Origin: Octopus vulgaris
Lineage: Eukaryota
NCBI GenBank assembly: GCA_951406725.2
Contig: OX597838.1
Location: forward strand, 35,216,001 to 35,280,000
Reading direction: 5' to 3'
Length of the DNA: 64,000 bases
In this document: positions 1-13,002 of the stretch, piece by piece
How the letters are laid out: each line of letters begins with the position of its first letter
How positions within the stretch are numbered: position 1 is the stretch's first letter
Translations under genes and position numbers: made by a program
The notes under the pieces: model-generated
Seen by the model: the letters and a program-made list of their open reading frames with translations, nothing else
What the model was told of the DNA's origin: nothing
The model's database searches: none

Positions 1-103
1 TATTAAACATGCCTGCATCAGCTGAAAGAATGACAGCAAGTATTGAATAAATCACCGTTAAGAAACTTGGAGTTCTGAATATAAATGTTTCATGGTTCAT
101 TTA

Positions 104-104
104 G

Positions 105-137
<33 letters not shown>

Positions 138-476
138 GTATATGTATGTGTATGTATATGTATATGTATGTATATGTATATATATATATGTATATGTATA
201 TATATATGTATATGTATATATATATGTATATGTATATATATGTATATGTATATGTATATATATATGTATATATATGTATATGTATATATATGTATATGTA
301 TGTATATGTATGTATATGTATATGTATGTATATGTATGTATATGTATATGTATGTATATGTATATGTATGTATATGTATATGTATGTATATGTATATATA
401 TGTATGTATATGTATATGTATATGTATGTATATGTATATGTATATATATGTATATGTATATATATGTATATGTATG

Positions 477-510
<34 letters not shown>

Positions 511-515
511 TATAT
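104..515. repeat. Compound (TA)n/(TATG)n/(TATATG)n microsatellite
   Basis: Directly visible; source of the YIYM-type ORFs. Confidence 0.97.
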
Positions 516-694
516 ACTCTTTTACTCTTTTACTTGTTTCAGTCATTTGACTGCGGCCATGATGGAGCACCGCCTTTAGTTGAGCAAATCGACTCCAGGT
601 CTTTTTTGCTGAACTGCTAAGTTACGGGGACGTAAACACACCAGCATCGATTGTCAAGCGATGTTGGGGGCCAAACACAGACACGCAAACATAT

Positions 695-746
<52 letters not shown>

Positions 747-908
747 GACGGGCTTCTTTCAGTTTCCGTCTACCAAATCCACTCACAAGGGTTTGGTCGG
801 CCTGAGGCTATAGCAGAGGACACTTGCCCAAGATGCCACGCAGTGGGACTGAACCCGGAACCATGTGGTTGGTAGGTAAGCTACTTACCACGCAGCCACT
901 CCTGCACC
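516..908 (-). mobile_element. tRNA-derived SINE family A, with ~40-bp internal deletion
   Basis: Head GG(T/C)GCAGGAGTGGCTG..GG with B-box GGTTCAGTCCC, internal (TA)(TG) microsatellite, (GTAAAAGA)n tail; flanked by (TA)n. Confidence 0.92.
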
Positions 909-934
909 TATATATATATATGTATATATATACA

Positions 935-1083
935 TATTGAATGTAAAAACGAATTGGAGACAATCAGAAGGTCTGTAATTCTTCAGTTATTGACCAATTG
1001 GTAATATTCAGTTTTGCACTGACGATAGCTGACAAAGAATTACAGACCTTCTGTGTGTCTTCCATTCGTTCTAACATTCAGTA
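935..1083. mobile_element. Palindromic MITE-like element (~50-bp imperfect inverted arms)
   Basis: TGAATGTAAAAACGAATTGGAGACAATCAGAAGGTCTGTAATTCTT pairs with AAGAATTACAGACCTTCTGTGTGTCTTCCATTCGTTCTAACATTCA. Confidence 0.7.
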
Positions 1084-1154
1084 TACATTATGTCATTTGT
1101 TTATTTACCATGCATTTTTTCATTTATTAAGTAATGGAACACAACACACACCAA

Positions 1155-1188
<34 letters not shown>

Positions 1189-1959
1189 TTGCTATTATGT
1201 TAAACTGTTACATGTCCAAATTTGGCCAAATGTGTTTGTTTCAATATTTATTTTTGCTTGCAATAGCCAGTTCTTTTGGCCAAACTATTGTATCTCCAGC
1301 TGCTTCAGATGCAAAGATATCAAAAATTGTCAAAGTGGAGTACAGCAGTTTTGCTATTGAATGGTGAAACTATTTTTTTGTTTTCTGAAAAAGCAACGTT
1401 TTGGACTTACAAAACTTTTGCATCAAAGAACCCCTCAAATCAAAGAACCCCTCAAATCTAGGATTTCCTTGACTACTAATGGCAAGTTCCTTTTCGCTGC
1501 TGAGTTCTCAAGTTTACAGGTGTATGCTGAGAGTAGCTTCATATAAACAAGCCATTCTCATCACTTTTTGACAAATTCATTCAAGGGAAGCACCTTTGTC
1601 TCCACTCTCATCTATCTTTACATTTTCACCTTCCTTTCCTACCTGACCTTCTTCTCCATCCTCACTTTCCTTTCCAAGAAGAACCTAAAGAACCAATGAA
1701 GGCTTGACCAAAGATGAAAGTGTCTGTTTTTACCTTTCAACCTTGCCTGTCATGAAATCTTTTTCTTTATGGCCATCAAATAAGAAAACTGACTGATTTT
1801 CTCTCAGCCAAATGAAGGCATTGAGACAATCTTCAGAATGGGACTTGGCTGATTGTTAGATATGTCCTGTATGCAACAACAGCTGTTTGATGTAATTCCA
1901 CAAGTCAGCAATTACACATAGTATATATTACAACGATAATAGATTATCCTTATTTTCAG

Positions 1960-2570
1960 CTAAGATTCCACTGAGGTCAACTTTGCCTTTCATCCTTTTG
2001 AGGTTGATGTAATAAGTACCAGTTGAGTACTGAGGTCGATGTAATTGACTAGCTCCTTCCTCCAAAATTTCAGGTCTTGTGCCTATAGCAGAAAAGATTA
2101 TTGTTATTAGTTTAGGTGACCAGCTGGCAAAATCATTAACATGTTGGGCAAAATGCTTAGTGAAGTTTCTTCTGCTTCTTTACCTATTTCTTTATTACCT
2201 ACAAGGGGCTAAGCACAGAGGGGACAAACAAGGACAGACATAGGTATTAAGTCAATTACATTGACCCCAGTGCGTAACTGGTACTTAATTTATTGACCCC
2301 GAAAGGATGAAAGGCAAAGTCGACCTTGGCGGAATTCGAACTCACAACGTAACGCAGACGAAATACCGCTAAGCATTTCGCCCGGCATACTTACGTTTCT
2401 GCCATTTCGCCTTCTGCTTCTTTACCGTTTGGGTTTGAATTCTGCCAAGGTCGACTTTACCTTTCGTTCTTTTTGGGTTGATAAAGTATATACCAGCTGA
2501 GCAGTGGGATCGATGTAATTGACTTAGCCACTCCACCAAAATTCTTAGCCTTGTGCTAAAGCTTGACGCC
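1960..2570 (+). mobile_element. Two tandem old D-type SINEs; the second is split by a young D copy
   Basis: Diverged GAGGTCGACTTTGCCTTTCATCC...GATGTAATTGACT body and (ATT)n tails. Confidence 0.8.
2185..2410 (-). mobile_element. Young D SINE nested antisense in an old D SINE
   Basis: 16-bp TSD CTTCTGCTTCTTTACC at 2169-2184 and 2411-2426; central GACTTTGCCTTTCATCCTTTCGGGGTC..TAAATTAAGTACCAG resembles the Meta-SINE domain. Confidence 0.92.
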
Positions 2571-2614
2571 ATTATTATTGCTAGTTGTGTGAATTTCTTT
2601 CAGTACTTCAGTTT

Positions 2615-2776
2615 ATCATCATCATCATCGTTTAACGTCCGCTTCCCATGCTAGCATGGGTTGGACGGTTCGACCGGGGATCTGGGAAGCCAGAAGGCTG
2701 CACCAGGCTCCAGTCTGATCTGGCAGTGTTTCTACAGCTGGATGCCCTTCCTAACGCCATACCCTTCCTAACGCCA
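2615..2776 (-). mobile_element. RTE LINE 3'-end copy (family E), 5'-truncated
   Basis: GGAAGGGCATCCAGC...GGACGTTAAACGATGATGATG on minus strand. Confidence 0.88.
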
Positions 2777-2803
2777 AATATATATATACAATTATTCTTC
2801 ACC

Positions 2804-3139
2804 GTGAAGGTGCATAGCTCAGTGGTTAGAGCATCGAGCTTATGATCGTGAGGTTGTGAGTTCGATCCTGGACCGGGCTGCACGTTGTGTTCTTGAGCAA
2901 GACACTTTATTTCATGTTGCTCCAGTTAAAACTCAGCTGTAGAAATGAGTTGTGACATCACTGGTGCCAAGCTATCGGCCTTTGCTTTTCCCTTGGATAA
3001 CATCAGTGGTGTGGAGAGGGGATACTGGTATGCATGGGTGACTGCTGGCCTTCCACAAACAACCTTGCCCGGACTTGTTCCTTGGAGGGTAACTTTCTAG
3101 GTGCAATCCCATGGTTATTCATGGTCAAAGGGGGTCTCC
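2804..3139 (+). mobile_element. tRNA-Arg-like CORE-type SINE family C
   Basis: A/B boxes, GTTGTGTTCTTGAGCAAGACACTT CORE-like segment, near-TSD TATTCTT(C/T)ACC. Confidence 0.88.
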
Positions 3140-3279
3140 TATTCTTTACCATATTGCAGTTCACCTATGACAGTTTATTATTTAAGCCTTTGTTGATTCC
3201 TCCATGGTGTTGTTTTGCATTTATAATAAAATTAATATATACAGATTATAGAAATAATAAAAAAAAAATACACAGTATA

Positions 3280-3440
3280 GGCGCAGGAGTGGCTGTGTGG
3301 TAAGTAGCTTGCTAACCAACCACATGGTTCCGGGTTCAGTCCCACTGCATGGCATCTTGGGCAAGTGTCTTCTACTATAGCCTCGGGCTGACCAAAGCCT
3401 TGTGAGTGGATTTGGTAGATGGAAACTGAAAGAAGCCTGT

Positions 3441-3473
<33 letters not shown>

Positions 3474-3694
3474 GTTTGTGTGTCTGTGTTTGTCCCTCTA
3501 GCATCGCTTGACAACCGATGCTGGTGTGTTTACGTCCCCGTCACTTAGAGGTTCGGCAAAAGAGACCGATAGAATAAGTACTGGGCTTACAAAGAATAAG
3601 TCCCGTGGTCGATTCGCTCGACTAAAGGCGGTGCTCCAGCATGGGTGCAGTCAAATGACTGAAACAAGTAAAAGAGAGAGAGAGAGAGAGAGAG
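3280..3694 (+). mobile_element. SINE family A, full length
   Basis: Complete head, microsatellite and tail. Confidence 0.93.
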
Positions 3695-4102
3695 TACAGT
3701 ACTGTTTCTACTTCATGGATTTTCACCTATCACGGTGAGGTTTGGGAACATAACCCTTGCAACAGTTGAAGGATTACTGTACTTATATTCTTTTTTTAGT
3801 TTCAGTGAATGGACTGAGGCTATATTTGGGCAGTGAGATTGAGTGTTTTTATCAATGATATAGACCCTTGTACTTTATATGACATTCATTTTATTAATCT
3901 CTATTACGTGAATGGCTATGTTCTCCTAAGTTACGTCCCTTCCTAAAGTTACCTTAACTTTACTGATTTAGATACTGACTGGTATTTTACTGCAGTATAT
4001 TAAAACAAATGTGCATACACATATATGTGGTATAGCTGTGTGGTTGGGAAGTTTGCTTTGCAACCATATGATTATTGGTTCTATCACACGGCACTAAAAT
4101 GT

Positions 4103-4138
<36 letters not shown>

Positions 4139-4285
4139 AAAATTTAATAAGGGTAGAAATTGATATTAATCAATTAAAACCAGTGGCCCAGCATATTAAA
4201 AAAATCCGAAGATTAAAATATTTTTACATAGAAAATTTAAATGACTGACCACTAAAAGTGGACGGTCAACATGCTAGATATAGAC

Positions 4286-4317
<32 letters not shown>

Positions 4318-5345
4318 TCTATGCAACCTTTTACTTGTGTGTGTGATGGGCTTCTGTCTATAACAAGTTTCTCTCACTTGTCATTGGTCCATCTTGGGTT
4401 GACCTATGCTGGAAGATACTTGCTCAAGGTACTGAGAAGTGAGATTGAACCTTCAATATAGCCGTATAGCCATGTGAAAGCACATACATTTTAACTAATT
4501 CTCATGGTCAAAGTATTAAAATAACTGTGTATTTGTATAAGTATCTAATGAATTATCTTCCTTTTCATTATTATTTTTCTACTTTTTATTTTTAATGAAA
4601 AAGTTAAAAATAATTATAGTTAGAAATATTTAGAAGTGAATTTTATTAAGAAAAAAATTTATTTTTGAAACTTTTTCATTTATCTTATTATTATCATTGT
4701 TATTATAAGTTGTTGTTTTCTTTATTATTGTTGTTGTTGATATGACAGAATTAATTTTTATTTTTATCTCATGTCATATAAACACAGCAGTAAATTTTAA
4801 TGGTTCCAGATAGCTTCTTCCTAGAAAGAATATAAAATAAAAACCAAAATAAAAATAAAAATTTCAATTTTCTGTTGAGCAGGCTATTTTTTTTTTTCAT
4901 TTTTTATTTTCTGTTCTTTTATTTGTTATTTTTTTAAAATATATTTTTAGAAATTATTCTCTATCACATACTTATATCAAGAATTTCCCTTTGAAAACAA
5001 AGAAATGACATTTTTTTTATAAATGGAAAGTTAAATTCCAATATATATATATATACACATCCATACACACACACACACATCTGTGTGTGTGTGAGTGGGG
5101 AGTGGCTATGTGTATGTGCACATTATGTAATGCTTATATATATAAATATATATATACACACATGCCCATAACACATCCATATGTACATATATTATACAAA
5201 TACATACATATGTATATATACTTTTCATCAACATCCTGTTCATTTATGTATATTCTAGCTTGTGTGTGTACGTGTGTGTGTCCTTAATTCTACTGAAATC
5301 TGTTCAGCTTTTAACATTTTACATAAGCTATTATTATTATTATCA

Positions 5346-5379
<34 letters not shown>

Positions 5380-5856
5380 ATAAAACTCTAAAATAACAGC
5401 AACAATAACAAAATTTAACAACAAACACAACTACACTGACAATAGGAACAATAAAAAAATTAATAATAACAATAAGAGAAATACACATAAGATGATAATA
5501 ACATTAGCAACAATACAAAATATTCCAAATTTTCTCCTTATCCTCCCCATCTTTCAATCTATCCAAGATTTGTCAAAAGTAAGAATTTTTTTTTCCTTTT
5601 TCCTATTGTTGAATGGTTCTCTTTTCTTTCTTTCTTTCTTTCCTTTTGTCTCTTTCACTTTCAGATCATTCACAACTTTCTTGCATCCTTCTCTTGTCTA
5701 TTTTTGATAAAAGAAACAATTTGAATTTACTTAGAAACGTTACAGCTGATGGCAAATTAGTAAAGTTGTTATAGTGTAAGATAGATGGAGACGTAAAACC
5801 TTGTGTTATTTTTTTTCCCAGTTTTCTGCACTCTGAGTTCAATATCTACTGAAATT

Positions 5857-6280
5857 GTCATCATTTCCATGTCCACTTTGCCATGCTTGCATGGGTCAGA
5901 TGGAATTCATTGAGAAACATTTTTCTACAGCTGGATACCCTTGCTGTTGCAAACACTTAACTTGCACCTAAGTAAGGTAATATTTCTCCATGACCAGACA
6001 TGTTTCCATGAAGACTGGGAATGAATTGTCCCACTTGCATGACAGACATTCATTTAAAACTATCATGTGATGTCAAGTCAAGGAGACAGTAACACACACA
6101 CACACACACACACACGATGGATGTCTTTCATTTGCCAAATCCATTTGCGAAGTTTTGCTTAACCTGGAGCTATAGTTAGAAGACACTTACCCAAGGTGCC
6201 CCTCAGTGGATCTATACTCAAGTACTCAAGACCACATGACCCTGAGAATGGAAGCAAGTTTTTCAACCACCCAGCCATGT
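5857..6280 (-). mobile_element. Old SINE family G (family A head plus RTE-type tail)
   Basis: Collinear with the 61378-61801 copy. Confidence 0.75.
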
Positions 6281-6300
6281 TTCTGTGCAGTTTCTATTGG

Positions 6301-6527
6301 TTAACCCATTAGCATTTAAATTGAACTATCAGGCCCAAATACTTCACCTGTTTTATGTTAAAATTGGTCAGATCCAGCCTCTCATGCCTACCCTTCAATG
6401 CCAGTCTAAAAATAGGTAATCATGTTATTGAAACCTCAAAGCCACAAGATAATGCATGATTAATTCAAAACAATGTGAATAAAGAAGTGTTACATTTCAT
6501 AGTGTAATCTGAATGGTAAAGGGTTAA
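6301..6527 (+). mobile_element. TTAA-specific (piggyBac-like) MITE family 1
   Basis: TTAA-CCC...AAAGGG-TTAA termini; homologous to 10711-10940. Confidence 0.85.
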
Positions 6528-6867
6528 CGAAGGCACATGGCTCAGTGGTTAGAGTGTCGAGCTTACGATCGTGAGGTTGTGAGTTCGATTCCCGGACCTG
6601 GCTGCACATTGTGTTTGAGCAAGACACTTTATTTTGACGTTGCTCCAGTTAACTCAGCTGTAGAAATGAGTTGCGACATCACTGATGCCAAGCTGTATCG
6701 GCCCCTTTGCCTTTCCCTTAGATAACATCAGTGGTGTGGAGAGGGGACACTGGTATGCATGGGTGATTGCTGGCCTTCTACAAACAACCTTGCCCGGACT
6801 TGTGCCTTGGAGGGTAACTTTCTAGGTGCAATCCCATGGTCATTCATGACCGAAGGGGGTCTCCTTC
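6528..6867 (+). mobile_element. SINE family C inserted at the MITE end
   Basis: TSD TAAAGGGTTAA at 6517-6527 and 6868-6878; anticodon-like CTTACGAT. Confidence 0.9.
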
Positions 6868-7055
6868 TAAAGGGTTAAAATGAGACTAAGGTAGAAGACA
6901 TTTGACCAATGTGGTCTGCTGTGGGATCAAACCAGAGGTCATATAGTTATGAAACCACGACTGTTGGATATTTCATAACCTTTACACACTCACATGTCTT
7001 CCAAATTTCATTCATGAGAGAGTGCCTCGGAACAATCTCAGTTCAGTGACTGAAA

Positions 7056-7497
7056 CAATAATGATTTCAAATTTTGACACTTGGCCAGCAATTTCAGAGG
7101 AGGTGGGTAAGTCGATTACATCGACCCTAGTGTTCAACTGGTACTTATTTTACTGAAGGCGGTGAGCTGGCAGACACGTTAGCGTGCCGGGCGAAGTGCT
7201 TAGCGGTATTTCGTCTGCCGTTATGTTCTAAGTTCAAATTCCGCCGAGGTCGACTTTGCCTTTAATCCTTTCGGGGTCGATTAAATAAGTACCAGTTACG
7301 CACTGGGGTCGATGTAATCGACTTAATCCGTTTGTCTGTCCCCTCTGTAGTTAGCCCCTTGTGGGTAGTAAAGAAATAGGTACTTATTTTATTGACCCCG
7401 AAAGGGTGAAAGACAAAATTGACCTCGGTGCAATTTGAATTTAGAACGTGAAGACGGACAAAATGCTGCTAAACATTTTGTCCAGCATGCTTACAAT
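7056..7497 (-). mobile_element. Old D-type SINE (host of a nested young D)
   Basis: Two halves join collinearly across the insertion. Confidence 0.85.
7157..7378 (+). mobile_element. Young D SINE nested antisense in an old D SINE
   Basis: 17-bp TSD GGTACTTATTTTA(C/T)TGA at 7140-7156 and 7379-7395. Confidence 0.92.
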
Positions 7498-7753
7498 TGA
7501 AACAACAATGTGTGTGTGTGTGTTGGAGTAGGTCTGTAGAAGAAAAACTAAAGATAGTCAAATCAGGATGAAGTGAAGAACTTAATGCTAATGAAAGATT
7601 TGGATGATAGTCAGAAAAACTTGAATAATTAGATTTGTTGTCTTAAATGTAGAGATGCTTTGAATCCAGAACTATTTGTTATTTGTAATGTTATATTCTG
7701 TAAACACACACACACATACGTGTGAAAAAGAATACAGACAAACCCACACAAAT

Positions 7754-7812
<59 letters not shown>

Positions 7813-8175
7813 AGTGCACACGCACACATGTGCATACAGGCAAGTGTGCACAGTGATAAATGTACAAATACATCTGATAATAAACCTTTTGTTAACATAT
7901 ATGTATATCCTGTAGGCAATGTTACAATGTCCGTCCTCCTCCTTCTCCTCCTCCTCTGCCAGAGGAGGATAGATGTGAGCAGTGTTCCATGTTGATAGGT
8001 CACTGTGGCGGCTAATGAATTTACATTTGCTTATTGAGGTGGTCAAAAGTTGGTGATGTCATTTTCTTGTAGAAGTTTGTATATCTGTACAGTTTATAGC
8101 AGATACAGTGTTTGAATACAAGTGATGTTACACCTTTGTTCTGTCTCTTATATTGCTTGTATGTATGTATGTATG

Positions 8176-8208
<33 letters not shown>

Positions 8209-8210
<2 letters not shown>

Positions 8211-8621
8211 TCTTTTTCTTTTACTCTTTTATTTGTTTCAGTCATTTGACTGCGACCATGCTGGAGCACCGCCTTTAGTTGAGCAAATCGACCCCGGGAC
8301 TTATTCTTTGTAAGCCCAGTACCTATTCTATTGGTCTCTTTTGCCGAACTAAGTGACGGGGACGTAAACACACCAGCATCGGTTGTCAAGCAATGCTCGG
8401 GGGACAAACACAGACACAAAAACATATACACACACACACACATATATATATACATATATACGACAGGCTTCTTTCAGTTTCCGTCTACCAAATCCACTCA
8501 CAAGGCATTGGTCGGCCCGAGGCTATAGCAGAAGACACTTACGCAAGATGGCATGCAGTGGAATTGAACCCGGAACCATGTGGTTGGTAAGCAAGCTACT
8601 TACCACACAACCACTCCTGTG

Positions 8622-8623
<2 letters not shown>
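8209..8623 (-). mobile_element. SINE family A, full length
   Basis: Complete element between (TA)n tracts. Confidence 0.93.
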
Positions 8624-8663
<40 letters not shown>

Positions 8664-8686
8664 TATACACACACACACACACACAT

Positions 8687-8908
8687 TCAGTAATCCCTCG
8701 ACTATCATGGGTGTTACGTTCCAAAACCCTCAACAATAGTAAAAATCCACAAAGTAGAAACAGTACTGTACTGTATATTTTTTAAAATTATTTTTATAAT
8801 TTGTATAGATTTATTTTATTATAAATGCAAAACAACACCATAAAGGAATCAATGAACAATCATAGGTGAACTGCAATAGGTGAATCGTGGTATGGTGAGG
8901 GATCACTC
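8687..8908. mobile_element. Tigger/pogo-like MITE
   Basis: Imperfect TIRs CAGTAATCCCTCGACTATC ... GGTATGGTGAGGGATCACTC followed by TA. Confidence 0.65.
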
Positions 8909-9240
8909 TATATATAATATATGTGTGTGTGTGTGTATATATATATGTATATGTTTATATGTATATATATAATATATATATGATTGTGTATGTATGTGTG
9001 TGTATATATATATGTATGTATATGTTTATATGTATATATATAATATATATATGATTGTGTATGTATGTATGTGTGTTTTCTATATATATGTGTGTATGTA
9101 TATATGTATACATACACATGCTGGAAAATGCACAGATGTAAACATACAAAACATATGTGCACATGCATATTTTCATACATCAACACACACACACACACAT
9201 ATATATATTTAGCATGCACAAGTTGGCACAAACATGCATA

Positions 9241-9516
9241 ATCATCATCATCGTTTAACGTCCATTTTCCATGTCAAGCGATGTTGGGGACCAAACACAC
9301 ACACAAACATATACACACACACACAGACACACACACACATATATATATATATACGACGGGCTTCTTTCAGTTTCTGTCTACCAAATCCCCTCACAAGGCT
9401 TTGGTCGGCCCGAGGCTATAGTGGAAGACACTTGCCCAAGGTGCCATGCAGTGGGACTGAACCCGGAACCATGTGGCTGGTAAGCAAGCTACTTACCACA
9501 CAGCCACTCCTGCGCC
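9241..9516 (-). mobile_element. Chimera: SINE A head and microsatellite joined to the last ~33 nt of RTE family E
   Basis: Minus-strand junction CATCGCTTGACA/TGGAAAATGGACGTTAAACGATGATG. Confidence 0.82.
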
Positions 9517-9519
9517 TAA

Positions 9520-9563
<44 letters not shown>

Positions 9564-10320
9564 TATATGTATGTGTGCATATGTGTTTCTGTCATCAAAC
9601 CAAACATGGCCAGCAACAGTGATATGGTACAAAGTAGATAAGCAAATCCATTTTATATAAAAGCATGTAATGTAGTATCCTAGTGTATTTCGAAAGTTGA
9701 ATGAAATGTCTTCGATCATAAGTCTATGAAGATTGACTTCAAACTGAACAGCTACAACAATGCAATTAGCAAGATCAATATGGCCATAACACCACCAACA
9801 ATGCCCGCCCACCATCACAAACATCTCGATCAATGCAACCCACATCATCATCACTATCAACCCACCAGCTGTTGAATCCAATTGGCTATTACAAATAACA
9901 TCATATGTCAACACCTGTGTGTGAGTGTATGAGTGCATGTGTGTGAGTGTGTATATTCAAGTGTGTGTTACTGTGTGTGTATGAGTGTGCTTGTGAGTAT
10001 GTGTGCATGAGTGTATGTGTATGTATGTCTTGAGTCAGAAGTGCAAGAGGCAAATTGCCTATAAAACCTGGTGACACTTCAGTTAACAGTAATGATATAG
10101 TACTTTCTCTTCTGCAGTCTTTCACATTTTCATCTCATTTTCATTGTTAAATCCATAGAAATAAGACAGTTTTCTGCTCTCACAAAGCAAATCTTTCCTG
10201 GTCCAATTATTTTTTACTACATTTTTGTTGTGGATAATTAATTGCTGCTGTTGTAGGATTTACCTTAAATTAAAGTTGTCTGTAAAGACAGTATCAATTC
10301 GACCTGAAGGCAGTTGTGTA

Positions 10321-11267
10321 AAAAGGAACCGTGAAGAGATTACAGTGGGTATTAAACTTGATGTTTTAAAAAAAGGATTTATGTGGGAGTAAAACTAAAT
10401 TTGCCAAAACATTAAATCTTGCAATCTCTACAGTGGGAACAATATGTAACAACAGAGAGAAAATTATGTCAAGTGCTCAAGAAGCCACTCTGTTAATTGA
10501 CAAGATCTTATTTTCCATAGATATACTATAATGCTTAAAATGGAATGATCCTTGAATAGATGGATCGAAGATCAAAATTGGTGTAATGTACTGATATGCA
10601 TGATTGTAATTAAAAAAGAGCCAAAAGTTTATATGGTGCTTTGCAGAGAATGGAATGTGAAACTTCTCATGGAAAAACCTTTTTGGCAAGTAAAGGCTGG
10701 TTTGAAAGGTTTAACCCTTTAGTGTTTAAACTGGCCACATCCGGCCCAATATATTCCACATGTTTTATACTCAAACTGGCGATTTCTAGCCTCTCACACC
10801 TAACCTACAGTGACATTCTAAAAATAAACATTCACATCATTGAAACCCCAAAGCTATAAGATAATGCATGATTAATTCAAAACAATTTGAGTGAAAAAAG
10901 TATTACATTTAACAGAATAATCTGAACACTAAAGGGTTAAGAAGCAAATGAATTTTCACAACATAAAAATGATAGGGGAACTGTGATTGCTGAAGGGGAC
11001 TGCACACCAGAACAAGTATATAATATTAATGTAACTATACTTTACTGGAAGTTCGTACTGGCTAAAACATATCTTGAGAAGAAAAATCAACATCAAGATT
11101 TAAAGCTTCCAAAATTTGTTTGACACTTCTTTGGGGGTGAAGTATCAATGGTGATATGAAATTAAAGCTGTTATATGTGTATCACTCCAAAATTCTAAGG
11201 GCTTTCAAGGGTTACAAAAAATTCAATCTACCTCTGATTTGGCATTCAAATATAAAGGCATGTTTAG
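10321..11267 (+). pseudogene. Tigger/pogo-family transposase relic (psq-type HTH, CENP-B HTH, start of DDE_1)
   Basis: Frameshifted pieces AKTLNLAISTVGTICNNREKI, RWIEDQ, FLASKGWFERF/KKQMNFHNIKMIGE, EQVYNINVTILYWK, FKASKICLTLL, GDMKLKLLYVYHSKILRAFKG...WHSNIKA match Tigger motifs; possible right TIR near 11451-11466. Confidence 0.9.
10711..10940 (+). mobile_element. TTAA MITE family 1 inserted in the Tigger transposase
   Basis: TTAA TSD at 10711-10714 and 10937-10940; removal restores codons ERFKKQ. Confidence 0.93.
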
Positions 11268-11468
11268 AAATGGTTATAAAGGTGATCATGTTGTTTCTTC
11301 TCTTTTCTTTTCTTGTGCTTCTTTTCCTTTATCTGAGAAAGTCTGTAGGAATGCAATCTCACTTGGTAATATAAAAATCATTCGAAGATTAATTTTGCAT
11401 TATGGAATTCCGCGTTATGGCCAGATTTTCAGGAACACATTATTTCTGTTAAGCAAGGGATTCCTCTA

Positions 11469-11500
<32 letters not shown>

Positions 11501-12030
11501 CATACATGCACAGACATGCATATACATATGTATGTGTGTATATTGATAAATAAATATATATATATATATATATATACACAGGTATATGTGCACACGGACA
11601 CACACACACACATACATACACACACATTCACGCATGTGTCTGTGCATGCAGCTGCAGACACATATTCTTTTGGAAACCACATGAAATAATCTAGAAATCA
11701 ATGGAACACAATGCTATATTGTGAAATCAAAGCAATGCACCAGCAGGTGGTTATATTAATATGAAAAAACAACTGTTTACTGTAGACCATAATTTATGTA
11801 GTGCATCTTGATAAACGTACAATTTTGTTTGATAATAAACATTTTGATGATAAATATATGTATACAATACTTAGATACTTTCCAAGTGATTCAGAAGTCC
11901 CTTCAGCATTTAAATAATACATTAATTTTTTTATTGATATTTTATTAGTTTTGTTTTTATATATATTTGATATTGTCTTTGCTATATTTTTAATATCTTT
12001 TGATATATCATTATTGCCATAATATATATA

Positions 12031-12440
12031 GGCGCCGGAGTGGCTGTGTGGTAAGTAGCTTGCTTACCAACCACATGGTTCCGGGTTCAGTCCCACTGCG
12101 TGGCATCTTGGGCAAATGTTCTTCTGCTATAGCCCCGGGCCGACCAATGCCTTGTGAGTGGATTTGGTAGACGGAAACTGAAAGAAGCCTGTCGTATATA
12201 TGTATATATATATATATATATGTGCGTGTGTGTTTGTGTGTCTGTATTTGTCCCCTAGCATTGCTTGACAACTGATGCTGGTGTGTTTACGTCCCCGTAA
12301 CTTAGCGGTTCGGCAAAAGAGACTGATAGGATAAGTACTGGGCTTACAAAGAATAAGTCCCAGGTTGATTTGCTCAACTAAAGGCGGTGCTCCAGCATGG
12401 CCGCAGTCAAATGACTGAAACAAGTAAAAGACTAAAAGAG
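12031..12440 (+). mobile_element. SINE family A, full length
   Basis: Complete element, TA-rich flanks. Confidence 0.93.
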
Positions 12441-12813
12441 TATACATATATATAGCGTGAGAGAGAGAGGAGGGAGAGGATGTTTATTATTCTGAAAGGG
12501 TCATAATGTATTACTAATCCTGTCCATTTATATTTGGGCATATGTGGTTCAAGTGCTCAGGTCGGTCTGGATGGGTGGTCAGTATTGTGAATACCAGGCA
12601 AATGGCCAGCTGTTATGCTATCCTTGAGGTGTGGCAGTCATCATAAGTCTGTGTGTGTGGTCAGGTTGAGGGGTAATGAAGGCATTGTGGTGGTGGATGA
12701 AATCTGTGGTGAGCTAGAAAGCGCAGAGAGAGAAAAGATGATACAAACAAGATGTAGTTCAACTGTCTTGGTTGTTAAACAGTTTATTTTAATGTTGAAG
12801 TGGCTTTTGAGTC

Positions 12814-13002
12814 TATCTATCTATCTGCTTAGTCGAAGTTGACTCTTGGTTACTCCATGGATCAGTGTCCTCCAGTCAGTTCTATCCTGGGCCGCTTCTT
12901 TCAGACTTGCTATGTCCATTCCGGTATCACTCTTGATGGTGTCAAGCCAGCAGGTTCTTGGTTGGCCTCTTCCTCTCTTGCCTCTGACCATTCCAAGCAT
13001 GA
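12814..13002 (-). mobile_element. BovB-like RTE LINE 3' fragment
   Basis: MLGMVRGKRGRGQPRTCWLDTIKSDTGM...DRTDWRTLIHGVTKSQLRLS; (AGAT)n tail; 13-bp TSD TGGCTTTTGAGTC at 12801-12813 and 13003-13015. Confidence 0.9.

Noticed and set aside
85-620. Long Y/I/M/C/V-rich ORFs (also near 20.4, 30.3, 34.3 and 50.7 kb)
   Set aside because: Stop-free translations of microsatellites, open in several frames on both strands
651-875. Recurrent ORFs such as LLSVSVYQIHSQG...EPCGW and TTDAGVFTSPSL
   Set aside because: Translations of SINE family A, not a gene family
1190-1920. Unique-looking region with coding-like stretches and a 17-bp tandem duplication
   Set aside because: Stops in all frames and no recognisable family; possibly a very old element
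4500-5720. AT-rich stretch resembling a 3'UTR or terminal exon
   Set aside because: Composition alone; no supportable ORF or splice structure
6528-6600. tRNA-Arg-like sequences (also 14422, 27705-27777, 54095, 58613)
   Set aside because: They continue into multi-copy SINE bodies, mostly with TSDs; SINE heads rather than tRNA genes
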